The notes under the pieces are model-generated. The model made no database searches. It worked only from the letters and a program-made list of their open reading frames with translations, and had not been told where the DNA came from. A stretch of 13,335 nt of DNA from the NCBI GenBank assembly GCA_049424145.1, contig JBMSSC010000075.1, positions 1-13,335 of the forward strand, given 5' to 3'. Positions 1 to 8,727 of this stretch are shown one piece after another. Made by a program: the position numbers and the translations under genes. How positions within the stretch are numbered: the first letter of the stretch is position 1; each line of letters starts with the position of its first letter. The stretch comes from Bdellovibrionia bacterium (GTDB lineage: Bacteria > Bdellovibrionota > UBA1018).

Positions 1-1260
1 AATCGCCCACATCGCTGCCACTTCCACCGTGTGCGGAGCAATGTGCTTGCCCTTAATCTTGCCTGCGTTGAAGTCTTTTTCATAAATCTTAATTTCTTCA
101 CGCAGCTTGGTGATGTAGGGCACGTCGATTTTCACGGTTCGATCCCGCAGGGCTTCCATGAACTCGTTGTTTTGAAGCTTCTTAAATTCAGGCTCGTTGG
201 TGTGCCCAATGATCACCTCATCAATATCGGTCTGAGGGAATTTCTTAGGCTTAATCTTATGTTCCTGAGAGGCTCCCAGTAGGTCATACAGGAAGGCCAC
301 ATCGAGCTTGAGCACCTCGATAAACTCCACGACCCCACGATTGGCGATGTTAAACTCTCCGTCGAAGTTAAACGCCCGAGGATCTGAGTCGGATCCATAC
401 TCAGCAATCTTACGGTAATTAATGTCCCCGGTGAGTTCCGTGGAGTCCTGGTTTTTTTCATCCTTAGGCTGAAAGGTTCCGATTCCTAAGCGGTCCTTTT
501 CCGAGAGAATGAGGCGTTCCACACGAATGTGATTGAGGACTTTGGAGAGGTCTCCTTGGTAACGACGCATGAACTCGCGCTGCACATAACGACAAGCCGG
601 GCAGAGGTCTCCTGTGATGGCCACCCGATAGGCGGCCTTATTGCCCTTATTGAACTCTTCAAGGAACCGCGGTCTCAACTCCACAGGAATGAGCTTCAAG
701 GGTTCCTCATGCATGGGGCAAGCCATCTCCGTTTGATTCCCCAGGATCGACTCTAAGCCTGCGGATTTCCCACCGGCTTTTCCATCCACCCACTTAAAGG
801 TGTACAGGGCCCCGTCGTGTTGTTTGGAGTAACGCTCTAAACCTTTTTTAATAAGCCTTGCAATGGTGGACTTAGCAGAGCCCCCTGGACCGTGAAGCAG
901 CAACACGCGCTTTTCAGTTCCATAGCCATAAGCGGCTGATTTAAAAAAGTGCACCAACTTCATCAAAGTGACATCGAGGCCGTAAACGGCATCTTTGCCA
1001 TGATCAATGGGGTCTTCGAAAAATTTATAGCGAATGATATTTTTTTTATATTCAACATAACTGGAGGTGCCCCAGGAGAGAATCATGTCATAGACGCGCT
1101 GAAAGGCGTTGCGACAAACGGATGGGTCCTTCTTGATGATCTCCAGGTAATCGGTAAAGCTCCCCTCCCAGTGAAAGTTGCGAAACTCCCGGATGGCATC
1201 ACTGTCTCCTAACATTCTTACCCAATCATTATTTGCGCTTGTCGTTTCATGATTTGCCAT
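1..1260 (-). CDS. prkA: PrkA/YeaG-family serine protein kinase / AAA+ ATPase, 3'-truncated by window edge
   Basis: Manual minus-strand translation from ATG at 1260: [60 protein letters not shown]...[20 protein letters not shown]...[49 protein letters not shown]...EALRDR...[16 protein letters not shown]. These are hallmark PrkA motifs, all in one frame. SD-like GGAAGGTGG lies upstream; alternative in-frame ATG at 1266. Confidence 0.95.
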   Translation of the reverse strand, partial: MANHETTSANNDWVRMLGDSDAIREFRNFHWEGSFTDYLEIIKKDPSVCRNAFQRVYDMILSWGTSSYVEYKKNIIRYKFFEDPIDHGKDAVYGLDVTLMKLVHFFKSAAYGYGTEKRVLLLHGPGGSAKSTIARLIKKGLERYSKQHDGALYTFKWVDGKAGGKSAGLESILGNQTEMACPMHEEPLKLIPVELRPRFLEEFNKGNKAAYRVAITGDLCPACRYVQREFMRRYQGDLSKVLNHIRVERLILSEKDRLGIGTFQPKDEKNQDSTELTGDINYRKIAEYGSDSDPRAFNFDGEFNIANRGVVEFIEVLKLDVAFLYDLLGASQEHKIKPKKFPQTDIDEVIIGHTNEPEFKKLQNNEFMEALRDRTVKIDVPYITKLREEIKIYEKDFNAGKIKGKHIAPHTVEVAAMWAI

Positions 1261-1302
1261 TCGCATTCCACCTTCCTGAATCGATTTAACTTCCCAATTC
1301 TT

Positions 1303-1332
1303 ATTTTACCTTTACATTTAGCCCTCTGTAAA
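1303..1332 (-). promoter_or_regulatory. Putative sigma70 promoter for prkA
   Basis: Minus strand TTTACA (1332-1327), N18, TAAAAT (1308-1303), about 40 nt upstream of the prkA start in an AT-rich intergenic region. Confidence 0.55.
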
Positions 1333-1340
1333 GTTAGCGT
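1311..1340 (+). promoter_or_regulatory. Putative sigma70 promoter for the pmbA operon
   Basis: Plus strand TTTACA (1311-1316), N18, TAGCGT (1335-1340; TAnnnT), followed by SD GGAG at 1352-1355 and ATG at 1360/1363. Confidence 0.4.
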
Positions 1341-1362
1341 ATTTTTAAATTGGAGATTTATG

Positions 1363-2712
1363 ATGCATTCGATTTTTCATGAGCACCCCTGCCTAAAGCA
1401 AGCCGCTCATTTGCTAAACCAACTCAATCCTGATCAATTTGAAGTTTACTTTCAGCGTTACCAACGCACCAAAATAGACTCAAAAGATCAACAAATCGAC
1501 TCCCTCTCCAAATCCGAGGACGTGGGGCTTGCCATCCGACTGATTCAAGATCGCCGAATGGGATTTAGCTTTACGACTTCGCTTGAGCGTGAAGCCATTG
1601 CTCGAGCCGTGCAAACTGCATTTGAAATTTCACATCACATGCCTCAAGATCCTTTCGTTGGACTCCATTCAGTGAGCAGCGCAGTGTACCCAGCGGTAGA
1701 CAACTGGGATCAAACGGGGGTTCAAGTCCCTTTGAGCGAGAAGATCCGGCTTGCCAAAAGCTTAGAAGCCTACTGTCGTCAAGCCGACTCTCGGATTACA
1801 GCAGTTCGCTCCGCGTCCATTAGTGAATCCTGCATTGAGACTCACCTTTTAGACTCAAGCGGAGAGCACATTCATCATCAGAGCACCAGCTATACGGCAA
1901 GTGTCACTTGCAAGGCGGAGTCCGAAGGGGAGAGTCAAACGGGAAGCGAGTTTGCCTTTTCAAACTACTTAGATAGCCTTCCTCTTCAGAGCGTAGGCGA
2001 ATCCGCGGCTCGCTGGGCGGTTGAGCTGCTCGGGGCCAAAAGTGCCCCCACCATGAAGTGCCCTGCCCTGCTTCGAAACTCAGTGGTGGCCGATCTCGTG
2101 GATTTTCTCTCCGAGAGCTTTTCAGCCGAGCAAATTGACAAGGGCCGAAGCCTCCTCGCAGGAAAACTGGGTCAGCCGATCTTTGCGGAGTCCGTTCACC
2201 TGATCGACGACGGACTTTTAGCCGGAGGGATGGGAACCATGCCCTTTGACGGCGAAGGAGTCCCCTCGAAGAAAACCCACCTGGTGAGTGGAGGGTTTCT
2301 CTCGGGACTTTTGTACGATTGCTATTATGCCCGCAAAAACAACACTCAACCCACCGGGTGCGCTGTGCGGGGGATCAAAGCCCCCCCATCCATCGGCGTC
2401 TCCAACCTCTACTTGCAAGGAGGAAAAAAACCTCCTGAGGCGCTTGTTTCCGACATTTCTAAGGGCATCCTCATCACGGACTTCATGGGCCTACACACAG
2501 CCAATCCTGTGACCGGTGATTTTTCTTTAGGAGCTTCTGGGATTCTCATTGAAAATGGCAAATTATCCACTCCCGTTCGTGGATTTGCCGTAGCCGGAAA
2601 TGTTTTAGACGTATTTCGAAGAATCACGGATCTTGGCAATGATTTGAAATTTTTTGGTAGAATTGGAGCACCCACCATCCGATTAAGTGAGATTTCCGTC
2701 GGAGGGGTTTAA
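1363..2712 (+). CDS. pmbA: TldD/PmbA family protein, PmbA/TldE-type (non-catalytic subunit)
   Basis: GLAIRLIQDRRMGFSFTT, LIDDGLLAGGMGTMPFDGEGVP, GLHTANPVTGDFSLGASG and RGFAVAGN are typical of the family. There is no HExxGH motif (DFLSESFS at the equivalent position), so it is PmbA-like rather than TldD. Start moved from 1249 (overlaps prkA) to ATG 1363, 7 nt after GGAG; ATG 1360 is possible. Confidence 0.9.
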   Translation: MHSIFHEHPCLKQAAHLLNQLNPDQFEVYFQRYQRTKIDSKDQQIDSLSKSEDVGLAIRLIQDRRMGFSFTTSLEREAIARAVQTAFEISHHMPQDPFVGLHSVSSAVYPAVDNWDQTGVQVPLSEKIRLAKSLEAYCRQADSRITAVRSASISESCIETHLLDSSGEHIHHQSTSYTASVTCKAESEGESQTGSEFAFSNYLDSLPLQSVGESAARWAVELLGAKSAPTMKCPALLRNSVVADLVDFLSESFSAEQIDKGRSLLAGKLGQPIFAESVHLIDDGLLAGGMGTMPFDGEGVPSKKTHLVSGGFLSGLLYDCYYARKNNTQPTGCAVRGIKAPPSIGVSNLYLQGGKKPPEALVSDISKGILITDFMGLHTANPVTGDFSLGASGILIENGKLSTPVRGFAVAGNVLDVFRRITDLGNDLKFFGRIGAPTIRLSEISVGGV

Positions 2713-2742
2713 CTGCTGTTTTTGAACTCAAAGGAAACCACG

Positions 2743-3480
2743 ATGGACTTGAAAGTCGGAGTTGGAACCGACATTGGACGCAGACGATCTCAGAACCAAG
2801 ACAGTGTGGCTGTCGTCCAAGAGCTCGGTCTTTATATCGTTGCCGATGGAATGGGCGGACACAAGGGCGGTGAAATTGCCAGTGCCATTGCAGTAGACAC
2901 GATCACTGAGTCCATTCGAAAAAAAGGGAAGAAAAGAAAATCGGATCTCCACCATGCCCTCAAAGAGGCGATTGAGGAGGCCAGCCAGGCGATTTTCTCA
3001 AGAGCCCTGAAAGAACCTACGCTCACAGGAATGGGGACCACGACCACGGCTCTTTATTTTCAGAAGAACACCCTCTGCATTGGACAAGTGGGGGACAGCC
3101 GGTGCTACTACAAAAAGGGCTCAGGACTGTGGCAAATCACCCGAGACCATTCATTAGTGCAAGAGCGCCTGAGAGCAGGACTCATCACCCGAGACCAGCT
3201 CAAAACGGATCAGATGAAAAACGTGATCACCCGCTCCGTCGGCTATGAACAGGAAGTGAATGTGGAGTTATTTCACATGAACATCTCCCCGGGTGATTGC
3301 TGGATGATCTGCTCCGATGGTTTATCGGGACTGGTGGATGACGAGCAGATCAATCAAATCCTCGATCAAAAACTAGGCTCCCTCTCGGATCCCCAGCAGG
3401 CAGTTCATGCTCTCATTGAGGCCGCCAACCAAAACGGCGGGGACGACAACATTTCAGCAATCGTCATTCAAGTGTGTTAG
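2743..3480 (+). CDS. PP2C/PPM-family Ser/Thr protein phosphatase (Stp1/PrpC-like)
   Basis: Motifs TDIGRRRSQNQD, VADGMGGHKGGEIAS, GMGTT, QVGDSRCY, TRDHS, NVITRSVG, CSDGL, GGDDNIS. SD AAGGA at 2731-2735 favours ATG 2743 over TTG 2722. Confidence 0.95.
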   Translation: MDLKVGVGTDIGRRRSQNQDSVAVVQELGLYIVADGMGGHKGGEIASAIAVDTITESIRKKGKKRKSDLHHALKEAIEEASQAIFSRALKEPTLTGMGTTTTALYFQKNTLCIGQVGDSRCYYKKGSGLWQITRDHSLVQERLRAGLITRDQLKTDQMKNVITRSVGYEQEVNVELFHMNISPGDCWMICSDGLSGLVDDEQINQILDQKLGSLSDPQQAVHALIEAANQNGGDDNISAIVIQVC

Positions 3481-3533
3481 AAGGGCCCCGAAAAAACCCC
3501 AGGATGAACACCCAAAGAGGCTGAGGCAATCCT

Positions 3534-4502
3534 ATGTCAAATCGATTCTATACGATTCTCGTTGTCCCGGAAAAGACGGCTCAAATTCGAAAAATCGTCC
3601 TTCCGAGCTGGCTCATCCACGGAGCCTCCGTGGGTCTTGCGTTTTTAATCCTCACTGCAGGAGCCATGGTGTTTAACTATGGGTACGTCATGAGCCAGAT
3701 TGGAGAGAATCGCCAACTGAAGCTTGAAAACCGACGCCTCAGGCAGCAAGTCCAAATCTTTCAAAACAAAATGACGACCGTGGAAAACACCCTGGATAGG
3801 GTCAAGTCGTTTGCGACCCGACTGAAAGTGATCATGCACGTTGAAGATCAGGCTCCAAGCCTTCAGGGAAAACTCCCCCACGCCAATGCGGTTTTAAACC
3901 TGGCGCAAAACTCACCGCACCCTTCTGGGGAGAGCCCCTCATTGGCCGATACAGAGCGAGACCCTGAGAAAAAAGAACTCTTAAAAGACTACTCCCAGCT
4001 GGAGGGGCAAATCTCCAAGCTCACCTCCGACGCCTTTGAGACTGAGGAGATCCTCCAAGATGAGTACGAACTGCTTTATGACAAAAAGGCGTTCCTCGCT
4101 GCGCTGCCCACACGCCAGCCCGCTTCAGGCTACTTCACCTCAGGCTTCGGCATTCGCACCTCTCCGCTTGGAAACCGTGTCAAGATGCATGAGGGCTTAG
4201 ACATTGCCAATCGAATCGGAACGGTGATTCGCGCTCCGGCGGATGGTGAGGTCGTCTATGCGGACTCCAAAGCGGGCTATGGCATGACCCTGATCCTCAA
4301 TCACGGCTATGGGATTGAAACGTGGTATGGACACCTGCGTCAGTTTACTGTGAAAAAAGGAGAAGTGGTGAAACGCGGCACGAAGATTGCGCTCTTAGGC
4401 AATAGCGGACGATCCACCGGTCCTCATGTTCATTACGAAGTTCGAGTGCACGGATACCCTGTGGATCCCTTGTCTTATATTTTTGAGGACTCCTCCCCCT
4501 AA
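3534..4502 (+). CDS. M23-family (LytM) Zn metallopeptidase with N-terminal TM helix and coiled coil
   Basis: Hydrophobic segment ASVGLAFLILTAGAMVFNY, coiled-coil region, then TSGFGIRTSP, HEGLD (HxxxD), YGHL, GNSGRSTGPHVHYEV (HxH), VDPL. Zn ligands intact. SD GAGG at 3523-3526. Confidence 0.93.
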   Translation: MSNRFYTILVVPEKTAQIRKIVLPSWLIHGASVGLAFLILTAGAMVFNYGYVMSQIGENRQLKLENRRLRQQVQIFQNKMTTVENTLDRVKSFATRLKVIMHVEDQAPSLQGKLPHANAVLNLAQNSPHPSGESPSLADTERDPEKKELLKDYSQLEGQISKLTSDAFETEEILQDEYELLYDKKAFLAALPTRQPASGYFTSGFGIRTSPLGNRVKMHEGLDIANRIGTVIRAPADGEVVYADSKAGYGMTLILNHGYGIETWYGHLRQFTVKKGEVVKRGTKIALLGNSGRSTGPHVHYEVRVHGYPVDPLSYIFEDSSP

Positions 4503-4553
4503 CTCCACTGACCTGCGCCAAAAGAATTCACACTTCAGCTGGTGGCTTCGTAT

Positions 4554-4582
4554 TTGACAGTTCTGTTAGAGCTCGTTAAAGT
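4554..4582 (+). promoter_or_regulatory. Putative sigma70 promoter for secA
   Basis: Perfect TTGACA (4554-4559), N17, TAAAGT (4577-4582), ending 12 nt before the secA ATG. Confidence 0.7.
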
Positions 4583-4594
4583 CAGGCCACAGTT

Positions 4595-7405
4595 ATGCCG
4601 TTGCAAAAATTAGCAAAAAAAATATTTGGCACCCAAAACGATCGTGAACTGAAGTCGATTGCTCCGATCGTGGAGAAGATCAACCAGCTTGAACCCCAGG
4701 TTCGAGCCTTATCCGATGCTCAGCTGCAGGCGAAAACTCCCGAGTTTAAAGCCCGCCTGGCGCAAGGGGAAACTCTGGATCAGCTGCTTCCTGAAGCCTT
4801 CGCTGTGGTCCGAGAGGCCGCTTGGCGAGTGATTGGACAGCGTCACTACGACGTCCAGCTCATTGGAGGAATCACGCTGCATCGGGGCCGAATTGCCGAG
4901 ATGAGAACCGGGGAAGGAAAAACCCTGGTTGCCACGCTGCCCTGCTATTTGAACGCACTGGCGGGCAAGGGTGTTCACGTCATCACAGTGAACGATTACT
5001 TGGCCAAGCGCGACTCCTCCTGGATGGGTCGAATTTATGGATTCTTAGGACTCAGCACGGGAATCATTGTTCACGGACTATCGGACGCCGAGCGAGCTCG
5101 CAACTACCGATGCGACATCACCTACGGAACCAACAATGAGTTTGGATTTGATTACTTAAGAGATAATATGAAGTTTCGCCTGGAGGACTATGTCCAGCGC
5201 GATTTGAACTTCTGTATTGTCGATGAAGTGGACTCCATTTTAATTGATGAAGCCAGAACACCTCTGATCATCAGCGGACCCACTGAGGACTCCACCGATC
5301 TTTACTACAGGATTGATCGACAATTGAGAGCCGAAGGGGGACTGATTCCCGAGACGGACTACACAATTGACGAGAAATCCAAGACTGCTGCCCTAACGGA
5401 AGCCGGTGTGGACAAGATGGAAAAGCGCTTAGGCGTCAGCAATCTCTATGACCCCACTCACATTGAGCTTTTACACCATGTGAATCAAGGCTTAAGAGCT
5501 CATGTTCTGTTTAAGCGAGACGTGGACTACGTGGTGAAGGACAATGAAGTGCTCATCGTCGATGAGTTCACCGGACGACTGATGCCCGGGCGCAGATGGT
5601 CCGATGGCTTACACCAAGCCATTGAGGCCAAAGAAGGGGTGGACATTGAAAACGAGAATCAAACGCTCGCCACCATCACGTTTCAAAACTATTTTCGGAT
5701 GTACCAAAAGCTCAGCGGCATGACCGGTACGGCCGACACGGAGGCCACCGAGTTTAAGCAGATCTATAAACTCGACGTCACCGTGATCCCCACCAATCGA
5801 GGCATGGTCCGACAGGATCACGCCGATGTGATCTTCAAATCCGAAAATGGAAAGTTTAAAACCATTGTTGAGGAGATTAAGAAGATCCAGGCCAAAGGCC
5901 AGCCCATCTTAGTGGGAACGGTCTCTGTGGAGAAGTCCGAGAAGCTATCGGCCTTCTTAAAGCGTGAAAACATCAAGCACCACGTCTTAAACGCCAAGCA
6001 GCACGAGCGAGAAGCTGAGATCGTGGCTCAGGCTGGACGCATGGGCGCCCTGACGATTTCGACGAACATGGCAGGACGAGGAACCGACATTCTGCTCGGT
6101 GGGAACCCGGAGTTCTTGGCTAAGGCCGAAGTGGGAGCCTTAAAAAGTGAGGCCACTCCTGAGGAGAAAACAGCGTATCAGAGTCAATTTAGTGAGGCGC
6201 TGGAGAAGTGGCAGAAAAAGTGTGCCCAGGAGCGCGATGAGATTTTAAAAGCCGGCGGACTGTTCATTCTAGGAACGGAGCGCCACGAGTCCCGCCGCAT
6301 CGACAACCAGCTCCGAGGTCGTGCAGGCCGACAAGGAGCCCCAGGAGAAAGCCGTTTCTTCCTCTCCTTTGATGACGATCTCATGCGAATCTTTGGCGGG
6401 GCCAACATTGGTCGCTTCATGGAAGAAGACATGCCGATTGAGCACCGATGGATCACTAAGGCCATTGAAAACGCCCAGCGCAAGGTCGAAGGTCACAACT
6501 ACGACATTCGAAAGCACTTACTTGAGTACGACGACGTGATGAATCAGCAGAGAAAAGTCGTGTACGCCTGGCGCAAAGAGGTTTTATCGCGAACGGACTT
6601 AAAAGACATGATCTTCTCGATGACCGAGGAGATTGCTCGAGCCATTGGCGAGGATTTCTTCCCCAACGGGAAGCTCAAGCGAGTGTCAGGTGAACCCACC
6701 TTAGACTTAAAAGAGCTGAACGATGCCATCGAAGTGACGCTTCAAATCGAAGGCAAGGTCGAAGAAAATGAAATTGAGCCCTTCAACGGCTCAGGACTCA
6801 CCGCCTTGATTCTGAAAAAAGCCCAAGCCGCCTATGAGCAAAAAGAAAAGTCCATGGGAACTGAGATGCTTCATCAGGTGGAGAAGATGATCCTGCTCAC
6901 CACGATTGATCACCTCTGGAAGGATCACCTCCTAGCCATGGACCACTTACGCGAGGGCATTGGCTTACAGGGGTATGGACAAAAAGATCCGCTCATTGAG
7001 TATAAAAAACAGGGTTTCCGATTCTTTGAAATGATGATGAATCAGATCACAGGCGATGTGGTGAGAAAACTCTTTGCCGTGCAGATGAGCTCGTCAGACC
7101 ACGCAGCCTTTTTAGAAGCTCAAGCCGAAGCATTGGACGAGCCCCTGGAGATCCCAAGCCCAGGCGGGGTTCAAAAAGCCCCTGCCATGCAGTATGCGAT
7201 CAATGCAGCAGGAGAGCTCGAGCCCGCTTCTCAGAATCTGGCTCCTGAATCAGGAATCAGAGCCACGGCTGCTGCTACCCTGAACCGCCCGTCGGCTGAA
7301 CCCGCCTTCTCGCTCAGCACGAGTGCGGATGCGGAGCGCGTGGGAAGAAACGACTTCTGTCCCTGTGGCAGTGGCAAGAAGTATAAAAAGTGCCACGGAG
7401 CTTAG
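4595..7405 (+). CDS. secA: Preprotein translocase ATPase SecA
   Basis: [10 protein letters not shown] (Walker A), [65 protein letters not shown], and C-terminal [24 protein letters not shown]. Confidence 0.99.
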   Translation: MPLQKLAKKIFGTQNDRELKSIAPIVEKINQLEPQVRALSDAQLQAKTPEFKARLAQGETLDQLLPEAFAVVREAAWRVIGQRHYDVQLIGGITLHRGRIAEMRTGEGKTLVATLPCYLNALAGKGVHVITVNDYLAKRDSSWMGRIYGFLGLSTGIIVHGLSDAERARNYRCDITYGTNNEFGFDYLRDNMKFRLEDYVQRDLNFCIVDEVDSILIDEARTPLIISGPTEDSTDLYYRIDRQLRAEGGLIPETDYTIDEKSKTAALTEAGVDKMEKRLGVSNLYDPTHIELLHHVNQGLRAHVLFKRDVDYVVKDNEVLIVDEFTGRLMPGRRWSDGLHQAIEAKEGVDIENENQTLATITFQNYFRMYQKLSGMTGTADTEATEFKQIYKLDVTVIPTNRGMVRQDHADVIFKSENGKFKTIVEEIKKIQAKGQPILVGTVSVEKSEKLSAFLKRENIKHHVLNAKQHEREAEIVAQAGRMGALTISTNMAGRGTDILLGGNPEFLAKAEVGALKSEATPEEKTAYQSQFSEALEKWQKKCAQERDEILKAGGLFILGTERHESRRIDNQLRGRAGRQGAPGESRFFLSFDDDLMRIFGGANIGRFMEEDMPIEHRWITKAIENAQRKVEGHNYDIRKHLLEYDDVMNQQRKVVYAWRKEVLSRTDLKDMIFSMTEEIARAIGEDFFPNGKLKRVSGEPTLDLKELNDAIEVTLQIEGKVEENEIEPFNGSGLTALILKKAQAAYEQKEKSMGTEMLHQVEKMILLTTIDHLWKDHLLAMDHLREGIGLQGYGQKDPLIEYKKQGFRFFEMMMNQITGDVVRKLFAVQMSSSDHAAFLEAQAEALDEPLEIPSPGGVQKAPAMQYAINAAGELEPASQNLAPESGIRATAAATLNRPSAEPAFSLSTSADAERVGRNDFCPCGSGKKYKKCHGA

Positions 7406-7420
7406 CTCGAGGTGCCCAAG

Positions 7421-8719
7421 GTGCCAAAAGGACCCCAGGGTCATGACGCAAAGGGTGGCGCAGTGAGCTCATCGAGCTCAGCCACCCCGGACTTAACCGG
7501 GCTCATGCAGTACTCTCAGAAGCTTGAGGAGCAGGGTCTTGCGCCTCCCCCCGTGGAAGGCGCCCTCATGGAGGAAGCTCCGCTTGAGAAGATCAGCGAG
7601 TTTGAGAGCCTGGATGCGTATGCTGCGGCCCACCCCGTGCCTGAGGTTCCGGTGGAGCAACCCTCCGCGGCCGAGGATTTTCCTATCTCGGAGGCATCGG
7701 AGCTCCCCCCTGCCAACGCCTGGGTGAACGAGGCTGAGACCGCAATTGAAGCTGGGCCCGGGATCAGCGAAGCTCAGGGAGCCTCTGAAAGTGAATTCTC
7801 CCTTCCTCAGGAAGAAGGAGAAGACGCGTTCTCCCCACCTGCTGAATCGCTTCCGCTGCTTGAGCCAACGCCCCATCGAGACGAAGGCGCTCTTGAGTCA
7901 TTCAATCCCCTTGAGAATTCTGTGAATTCCTCGCCTCAGGCCCCTGCTCCCTCGTCTCTTGATGCATCCCCTCCCCTCACCCCACGGGAGCCTGTTGAGA
8001 ATTTAAGAAAGTTCTCCGAGCAACTGCCCATTGGAAAGCCCCATGTTCCTGCCTCCTTCCCGTTTAGTGTTTTAATTCGCGGGCGCCTCAACGATTGGGA
8101 GAAGGAAAAGCTTCTGAGTGTTCTGGAGAGTCACCAAATGGGGATCCGGCCCATGGACTTGGAGCCTCAGCTTGAGAATCACCAGATCTTAATCCCCCGA
8201 ATCAGCGAGTACGCAGCCGTGCTCTTGGTTCAAGCCCTGCGCGGGGTGAGAGCTGAAATTCGAGTTGGCCCTTCTGATTCCATTTTTTCCACTGAGCTCA
8301 CGCAACAGAGTGAAAGCGAAGGCTACGCTCAGGAGCACAACGAAGCGCACTTCGGAGTGGATGAATCCCACCCCGCTGAGAGCCTTCCTCTGAGCTCCTT
8401 GGACCACTTGCCTGGGATCGGACCCCAGAGCCGACTCCAAGTTCTCGATACACTCACCGCCTCCGCTTCGCTCAAAACTCAAGCCCTTGAAGTGGAGAGC
8501 TCGAGTCTGTTTCAACAAACGCTCGAGGCGCTAAAAAAAGAACTCAAGTACAAAGCCCATCGCAAAGGAGCAACCGCCATTTTAGACTTTAAGCTCCAGC
8601 TCATTCCCTTAACGATGGCCACCCACTATCGGCTCGTGGTCTCAGGCGTAGCGGTTGAACTGAAATCAGCCCCAAGCCCTGACTCCGCGCCCCTCCCACC
8701 CTTTCACCCTGAGAAGTAG
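7421..8719 (+). CDS. Hypothetical protein: acidic Pro/Glu/Ser-rich N-terminal half, putative L7/L12-CTD/ClpS-like middle domain, putative C-terminal YbjQ (UPF0145)-like domain
   Basis: Long ORF filling the gap between secA and the next gene. GAGGTG SD at 7409-7414 favours GTG 7421 over GTG 7412. The C-terminus LEALKKELKYKAHRKGATAILDFKL...VVSGVAV resembles the YbjQ pattern A..L...A...GA.AV.......GTAV (by eye). Confidence 0.75.
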   Translation: MPKGPQGHDAKGGAVSSSSSATPDLTGLMQYSQKLEEQGLAPPPVEGALMEEAPLEKISEFESLDAYAAAHPVPEVPVEQPSAAEDFPISEASELPPANAWVNEAETAIEAGPGISEAQGASESEFSLPQEEGEDAFSPPAESLPLLEPTPHRDEGALESFNPLENSVNSSPQAPAPSSLDASPPLTPREPVENLRKFSEQLPIGKPHVPASFPFSVLIRGRLNDWEKEKLLSVLESHQMGIRPMDLEPQLENHQILIPRISEYAAVLLVQALRGVRAEIRVGPSDSIFSTELTQQSESEGYAQEHNEAHFGVDESHPAESLPLSSLDHLPGIGPQSRLQVLDTLTASASLKTQALEVESSSLFQQTLEALKKELKYKAHRKGATAILDFKLQLIPLTMATHYRLVVSGVAVELKSAPSPDSAPLPPFHPEK

Positions 8720-8727
8720 TTTTCCCC

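Noticed and set aside
31..1212. Short ORFs 31..282, 213..461, 529..756, 949..1212
   Set aside because: Antisense or off-frame shadows of the prkA CDS that covers 1..1260 on the minus strand.
1249..1362. N-terminal extension of the PmbA ORF in the track
   Set aside because: Overlaps the prkA start and the AT-rich promoter region; the SD supports ATG 1363/1360.
7090..7340. Long Ala/Pro-rich stretch near the SecA C-terminus as a possible insertion or extra domain
   Set aside because: It is the normally variable linker before the SEC-C motif; the frame is intact.
3534..7405. M23 peptidase-secA adjacency as a novelty
   Set aside because: An M23 gene upstream of secA is a familiar arrangement in several proteobacterial groups.
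7464..7480. Palindrome TGAGCTC-ATC-GAGCTCA
   Set aside because: Inside coding sequence and arises from two adjacent self-complementary GAGCTC hexamers; no independent support for function.
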